Under the pieces are notes generated by a model. The model was not told the origin of the DNA. It did not search any database and was given only the letters and a program-made list of their open reading frames with translations. From NCBI RefSeq assembly GCF_000143415.4, contig NW_003314292.1:1626592-1690591 (forward strand): 64,000 nucleotides of DNA, in the 5' to 3' direction. This document shows positions 56,970 to 64,000 of this stretch, one piece after another. The DNA comes from Selaginella moellendorffii (taxonomy: Eukaryota > Plantae > Lycopodiophyta). Each line of letters opens with the position of its first letter. Positions within the stretch are counted from its first letter, which is position 1. Position numbers and translations under genes: made by a program.

Positions 56970-59900
56970 TGATATGACTTTTATGGCTTATGGGATTTAA
57001 GGTTGTAACACCTTAAGGGTTGGGAAGTTGGCATAGGGTTTGTTCTCTTATTCATTTCATTGGTATCGGAGCAACATGTTCCTTTGGGGATGGTGGGAGA
57101 GCAAAATATTAATCCTAATGAAGAGTATAGTGTTAATGATGATGGCCATGATGATGAGGAAGAGACTCTTGATGATGTCATTTTATAGCAAGGATGTTAG
57201 AATTTTGAGATTTAGAGAAATAAAAAGGAGGTTAAGAATTATACTAATCTCATTAAGGTTTTTTTACTTCACATAGACCCTCAAGGGTTGAATCAATCTC
57301 ATGTCCATCATTACTATTAATATGTCAAGCATACTAAGGATTATAGTATTGTGGAATGGAAGTCATCATTATATGTTTGTGATAACCAAGAGGTTAATTC
57401 TTGGTTAAAATTGTGGGAAAGTTGTTGGTCTCACAATCCTTGTGAAGATTGATTTTTTTGTAACAAAACTTACAAGCCATGCTTCTTCGTGGTGGAAGAA
57501 CTACATCAAAGTTAATCCGAATTTAACTTCTTAGACTAATTTGACAAAGGTTTTCTGTGCTTTGTTTGTCAAGAAGTTTGAAAAGGTTGATCTCATGAAT
57601 CAGCTATTAGAGATCCAGTAGGGGGCTTTGTTTTTGGATGCATATGCCCACAAGTTTCGTGACTTTGCTTTAGTCTCACAAGCACATATAATAAGCTGCT
57701 AAAAGTGCAATGTTTTATCAAAGGTTTGAGCTCAGTAGATGTGTAGTAGAAGGTCAAAAAGGATTTTCCAACAATGTTGATATTATTAAGGCTTAAATCT
57801 TTTAGCCCATATTGTCAGTCAACTTGGTCAACTATGGTCAACAGAATGGTCTGTGGGTAGTTAACGTGATGACCAACCCACCAATACTTCATCTTCAGGG
57901 AAGAAACACTTGTTGTTTCGTCATGGCTTGAAGAGTGGAGATGGTAATGAGGCCAAAAGATATCACTTGGACCAACAAGAGAAAGACAAGTTGGAGAGCA
58001 ATTGTTTTCATTATTATAGAGTTGGACATTAAGGCAAGGATTGTCTTGAAAGGGTCAATGAATTATAAAGGTGAATGTGGTGGGATCCATCATAAATAAA
58101 ACTCAAGCATTTGTTGTGGTGGATTTTTCACATCTAGCCTTTTGTGGTTGAGACAGCTGCAAATGATATTGCTTTTGGAGCTATCTTGCTTCAAGTTGAG
58201 CATCCTCTTGCATATATGAGCCATAAGTTTGATGCCACACAACAGAATTGGCCTACTCATAACAAGGAGTTGTATGCTATGATTGTTGCTGTAAAGGAAT
58301 GACGACATTATTTGTATGGATTGAACTTCCATGTGGATTCAACCATCAGTCTCTCCAGTATTTCAGTCGATAGAAAGATTTTCAAGGCCACCTTGCTCGT
58401 TGGCAAGAGTTTCTGCAGGAAATGTCTGTTAAGAACCGATATAAGCATAAAAGGTGACAATAAGATGGCTAATGCATTATCTAAGATGGTAAATTCTATC
58501 TTATTTGTGAAGGTATCCAACGATCTATTGGATGAGATTAAAGAGTTTGTTGACTTCAACTCTTTTATCATTGATATTCGTGCAAAAGTTTTGTTGAGGG
58601 ATGCTTTTACAAATTTAAAGGGTGACAAGTTTGCGTCATTTGAGATACAAGATGAAATCCTAGTGAAGAAGGGACATGTGGTGGTTTCTCATGTTGACAA
58701 ACTCATCAAATGAATTTTGGTTGAGTGTCATGATGTGCTAAGTGCTGAGCATCTAGGAGTATTGAGAACATATATGCTGGTGAAGAGGCTTTTTTTTTTT
58801 GTTTAAGATGAAGTCAGATGTTGAGAAGTATGTATTTAGTTGTTTGACTTGCCAAGTGGTCAAATTTGATCATCAGAAGCTCACTAGCCTTTATCATCCT
58901 TTATGTGTACCCAAGAATAAATAGGATAGTATCTTGATGGACTTTATCACTAATTTGCCCAAGACTTTTTCAGGAAATGATGTTATTTGGGTTGTTGTGG
59001 ATTGTTTGATGAAGATGGCTCACTTCTTTCTTATGAAGATAATGATATTGTAAACGACCAAATGGAGTAAATTGAGAGATGATCCATGGGGTTTAAATAT
59101 AGAAGGAAAGGGCTTATGAATAAAAATGCACCCCTTTTTCAATCGGTTAAAGGACTTGGGATACTTGGGGTTTTCCCTTTGATTGCTTACAATTCACCAC
59201 GCTTCTTTGCAAGTTCACGCCCTCGTGAACGTAAGATAAAAGCCACAACTCCCCCAAGAGCCTTGCTCTCTTGACACCCTACCCCTCGGGTCGAGCCCAG
59301 CTGGAGCAAATTAAATATGCCAAATGTCAATCAACATGTGGTGTGATTTCCCTAGCCAACTAATAGAGTTGGACCCAAAACATCCCTCTGATACTAAATA
59401 TAAGCTCCTAAATTTAGACTTCTTGGGAGGTCATCCAGCCCAGTACTCGACTTGAGAGACGATCCATGAGGTTCAAATATAAAGAGAAAGGGCCCATGAA
59501 TAAGAGTGACACTTAAGAGGTTAAGTGTCTATGGTTTACTGGGTGATATTGTCAGCGATCAAGATTTTAAGTTCACATCCAAATTTTGGCAAATAGTCTT
59601 TGAACAGCTAAAGACTAAGCTAAGCATAAGTAGTGGTGAGCATCAACAATCAGATGGGCAAACAGAGCACATGAATCAACTATTAAAAGATATATTGAGG
59701 TCTTTTATAGGAAACTTATTTCAATAGGGAGTATGGGAAAAATACTTGCTTTTGCTTCAATTTGCTCACAATAGCGCTCATCAATTGGCTATTTGCATAT
59801 CTCCCTTTATGGCAATGTATGGCTATAAGTATAGGTCTTTTATAAGTTTGAGTTTGGCTTTGGTTCAGATACCTCATGCTTGTGATTTCCTGGAGGATAT

Positions 59901-60802
59901 GCAAGACAAGTTTGAGTTGGCAAAGTTGAATATGAGATAAACTTAAGATCAAGACAAAAGATTGCTTGATGAGCATCATCATTATCAAGAATACAAAGTT
60001 CGTGAGAAGGTTTTCCTTAAGCTATCGAATGCACAATGGTTTCTGAAAGGAGGTTGTAGTGTTAAGTTGTCTCTATGGTATTGTGGGCCTTAGACAATTT
60101 TACAGCGTGTGGGGGATCTTACATACACTTCAGATTTGCCAACTAGTTTGAAGATTCATCCAACATTCCAAGTGAGCAAGTTTAAAGTGTGTTTACACTC
60201 TAATGATGTCGTGGATCAGTCCATCATTCAGGTTCTAGAGATTGATGCTAAGAAGGTTGGTCCAACCAATATTCTTACTCAAAGATTAGTGAAAACACAC
60301 TAGAAAACAACTAAAGAGTTGTTAGTTCAGTGAAATGGTTATTCCATAGATGAAACTATATGGGAAACTAAAAATGACATGAAGAGAGTGTTTCCAAGTT
60401 TTAATTATGACTTGGATGACATTCCTGAAGAAGGGAGAATTGAGTTCTATAGCCATATTGTTATATAATTTGAGTCATTTATTTTATTCTCATTCTCTTG
60501 TTTCCATAACCGTATTGTCATGCTAGAAAGCTATATTGCTTTCTTTCTTTCATGGCCACTTATTGCAACGTTAGTGTTATCGTTTGCACATCTTTTCTCC
60601 ATGGTTGTATTGCCTTGGGCTCCTTTCATGTGAGGCTCATTTAGCTTCTCAAAGCCGTTGTTCGTGGCTGGGTCATGAGGGAGGGGAAAATGACATGAAT
60701 CACAGGAATATTCTAAGAATATTCTACAGCTTGTGGGATTTAAGGCCATAACACCTTAAGGATTGGGAGGTTGGCCTAAGGTTTGCTCTTTTGTTTGTTT
60801 CA
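56970..60802 (+). mobile_element. Degenerate, internally deleted Ty3/gypsy chromovirus; TSD AAGTG
   Basis: Short 5' LTR 56970-57059, PBS tggtatcggagc, PPT gaagaagggagaat, 3' LTR ~60441-60802. gag, RNase H, integrase (HQQSDGQTE) and chromodomain remnants, but no RT. The empty site is visible at ~25710. Confidence 0.85.
59049..59509. mobile_element. Rearranged (internally inverted) Cassandra TRIM copy
   Basis: LTR segment in + orientation (59049-59170), then LTR-end, interior, PBS and LTR-start in - orientation (59171-59447), then + LTR segment again (59448-59509). Confidence 0.8.
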
Positions 60803-61801
60803 AAGTGAATCTTCAGCCTTTTACTCAAGCATTGCACAGTTGCACATTTGCCAAGAATTCCTGAAGAATGCCTTTGGATTTGTCTCCAGGAGAGAGATGT
60901 CTACTAGAGCCTCCAAGGTAAAAGAGAATGTCAGAAAAGTCTCTTGCAATCAAAAGCTAAACTTTTTGCACTAAATAAAAGTCTTCAGAAAATCTAAGGC
61001 TCACAAAAGGATTAATGCATAGATAGAAAAAATTAAAAGAGAATTTAGAATTGACTTTCAAATCACCACATAGAACAGCATCAGGGCAAACAACACATGC
61101 CATCTTTTGGTTATATGGCAGTATAGGACTCCACCACCACCTTATAGTCAAAATGTACTTCAAGCATTTGAACCCAATGAATGCTGAGCAATATCTTGAG
61201 AATAGGGTTAGATGTTAACTTGTTTGTTAAATTAGCTGAAGAGGGCTGATGTCTTGGTCAAGAACTCCAAACTCAACAACCAAAGCTGCATAATATGGGT
61301 GTGTGCTTCAAAATGCTATAGGATAATCCCACTCTCCAGCAAGCATCATTTCTTGTAGTTTCTCACATCATTTGTCAAGCATGCATGGACTATAAAGAAC
61401 TAAATTGATCAAGTTATCCTCCAAGTGCACGATACAAGTGTCTATTTCTTGGAGAAAATTCCCAATATTCAAGCTTGCCAAGTTTGGAGTGTTGGTAACA
61501 ACCCTAAAAACCACATCCAAGATCTTGAGATTAGAGCTGTATAGTGTCACAAACCTTTGCAAAGTGTATGACTATTAGTGCTACTAGCACTACGGAGCAT
61601 GCACTACAACATTGCACATTTGATAGAACTTCATAGCAAGCTAAATGAATAAGACTTCCAATATGAGAAAATTGTAGTTTTACTATATCTGGCTTTAGAT
61701 ATACTTTATTATTTAGTTTATAGTAAAGTGTTCTTGTATAGTTTTTAATAAAAATAATACTCTAGGTTTTCAAGAAAAACTATATATAATTTTTATTGTG
61801 G

Positions 61802-63295
61802 TGTGAGTATATGGAATATGGAAACGGAATACAGAAAATGTGTATATCAATTAGCCCAAAAAATCCTAACTTATATACATAAGCGAGTGATCCAAATTGA
61901 AACCAATCCGACAACTACCAAAATCCCACTACACTAATATTAGTATATAGCATTGTAGTTGCACACTTTGTACGAAGTGTTTCAACCGTTGCACATGCAT
62001 AATTTCTAGAGGATTGTTTTACTGGATGTCATGCTAAACCTCATAAACTTGTGGTCCAACTTGCCACAACACCTGATATAGTCCTTTCCATTGAGCAAAG
62101 AGCCCCTTAAATAAACCACGTACCGTAAGATAGGGAAGATAGATTAACACCAAATCATCCACTTTGTATTCTATAGGTGGATGATTATGGGAGTTATAAC
62201 ACCATTGTTATCCCACTTGTATACTACCTAGGTGTTTGGCAAACTTTGCTTGGACAAGTGGAAGAATGCTCATCAAATACTAATCCTACAATTTAGCATT
62301 GGCAGCTTATGGCAATTGCAAAGGTAAACCCAGCTCCATTGGTAATATTGGATCATGACCATATAAAAATTTATATAGTGAAGCACCAATAGAACTTTGC
62401 ACCCCTGTGACATATACATATTGAAGAGATGCCAAATAACCATCCCAATCTAAATCAAAGTTCATATACTTCATGATCATCCATTTGAATGTCTAAACGA
62501 GTTTTTCCATCAAACTGTTTGACTGTGGATGATAAAAACTCGTGAAAGTGTGGCGTATCCCAACAGAGACGTCAAAACATAAAATGCTTTAGCCATAAAT
62601 GTGGGACCATATTCGAAAGAATCTGCTCCAGACAAGAATGCTGGAACACTACTTAATTGAAAAGGAAGTATTGAACAGTAGTTGCAGAGGCGCTAACAAG
62701 AGCACCAACTTCCACCCAATGAGTTAAGTAGTCAGAAGTTATAATAACATACTCATTGCTAATAATTAATCATGGAAAAAGCCCTATAAAATCAAATGCC
62801 ACCAACTCAAATAGATTGGAAATTGCAATTGACTCCAACTAACTTTTTGCAGCATAAGGGGGAGTATTATGAGCTTGGCACTAAACGCAGCTACGCACAT
62901 ACCAAATAACATCATATCACATCTCTGGCTAATAGAAATACCTGCACAGTTTCTCAATCATACGATGATGTCCCATATGCCCGCATAAAACAAAAAAATC
63001 ATGGTAGACATAAAGAAATTGTGGAATAAAGATTGAAGGCACCACCAGGCATAAATGATTATCAGGATCTATCCTCATAAAATAAAGAAGGTTGTCTTCA
63101 AGGCAATATTAAAAATATAAATGCCGAAATGGCAAGTTATTAGTAAGTGATGCATGATTCTCAAACCCTTCTCGAAGCTTTTGAATCCATGGCTCAATTT
63201 TTTGAGCCTTGTAAACTTTATCAAGAGAATATAGATCTTGTTCTGCACTTATGGACATTGAACATCAAGTATAGCAATTGTTGACGGCACAGAAT
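61802..63295 (-). mobile_element. Ty3/gypsy remnant: short LTR related to 39558-39712 plus integrase region
   Basis: 61802-62112 is colinear with 39558-39981; minus-strand GIxFYRAF / VIITSDYLTHWVEV-type integrase remnants. Confidence 0.7.
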
Positions 63296-63583
63296 ATGCT
63301 TTATTTCGTTAAAGTGGGACTTATTCAGTAAAGTGGGACATTAATTAGCATGTGTCCACATGCCATTTCCTAGTACTTAATTAATATTTATTAATATTTC
63401 TATCAGTTTTTTAATTTATTTTTTTATATTTCACAATATTATAACACAAAATCATATGAAAAGTTTTTAATTTATAAATTATAAAGTTAAAACTTCAATT
63501 TTTTATTGTTGTTATAAAAATGGCATGTGGCCACACACCATAAGTGGGATAATGAAAAGTCCCACTTTAACGAAATAAAGCAT
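63296..63583 (-). mobile_element. 288-bp MITE, copy 2 (inverted relative to copy 1; perfect 27-bp TIR; TSD GAAT)
   Basis: Essentially the reverse complement of 40425-40712, flanked by gaat on both sides. Confidence 0.92.
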
Positions 63584-64000
63584 GAATCCTTATTTAGAAA
63601 ATCCATAAATGCTGGAATTAAAGGCTTGTCTAAAATATGAGAAGAGAGTGAAAAAAGGAAGAGGAGCTTGAGAAAGGGCATCAACATTAGCCATAAAACT
63701 CCCTGGGCAATAAATAACATCAAAATCATATATTTGAAATTTTAAAGCGCACTAAGCAGTATGATCAACCAGGTTCTTCTGCTTAAATAATGGAAGTAAT
63801 AATAGCATGATCACTTTTTAGTAACATTTGAGAACCATGTAGATATGCATGAAGTTTCTTGAAACCCTAGATTACTACTAAACACTCCTTCTCTCTCATG
63901 GAGTAGTTCACCTCCACTAGTTATAATGTATAACTGATATATACCATGGGGATGGTGTTGATCAAGCACACTTGGGTTCTCTTGCATTAGCACACCTCCA

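Overview
Eukaryotic plant genomic DNA, most likely a lycophyte such as Selaginella. This is inferred from the ~50-60 bp introns, tightly packed genes and abundant PLS-class PPR genes and pseudogenes. The left third (1-23 kb) is a conserved gene neighbourhood: PPR-SMR, a PTB3-like gene head-to-head with an intronless Pol IV/V subunit-7 gene, two tandem CFL1-like WW/zinc-ribbon genes, a PLS-E PPR, AP-2 mu and an SDR. It also holds a very AT-rich island encoding a secreted bulb-type lectin. The right two-thirds (23-64 kb) is a rearranged accessory region. It contains a TPR-CHAT (caspase-like) gene truncated before its catalytic Cys, and three copies (two intact) of an intronless STAND-like P-loop NTPase with a putative C-terminal PD-(D/E)xK-like nuclease (Crinkler/RHS-type architecture). 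Each NTPase copy is tied to a copy or fragment of an unusual PPR gene whose L motifs carry insertions. Mobile elements include nested Ty3/gypsy chromoviruses with TSDs, a complete 5S-rRNA-bearing Cassandra TRIM plus an internally inverted second copy, and two copies of a 288-bp MITE with 27-bp TIRs and 4-bp TSDs. Short captured 'filler' sequences distinguish the two arms of a segmental duplication. All family assignments come from motif recognition by eye, not from database searches.
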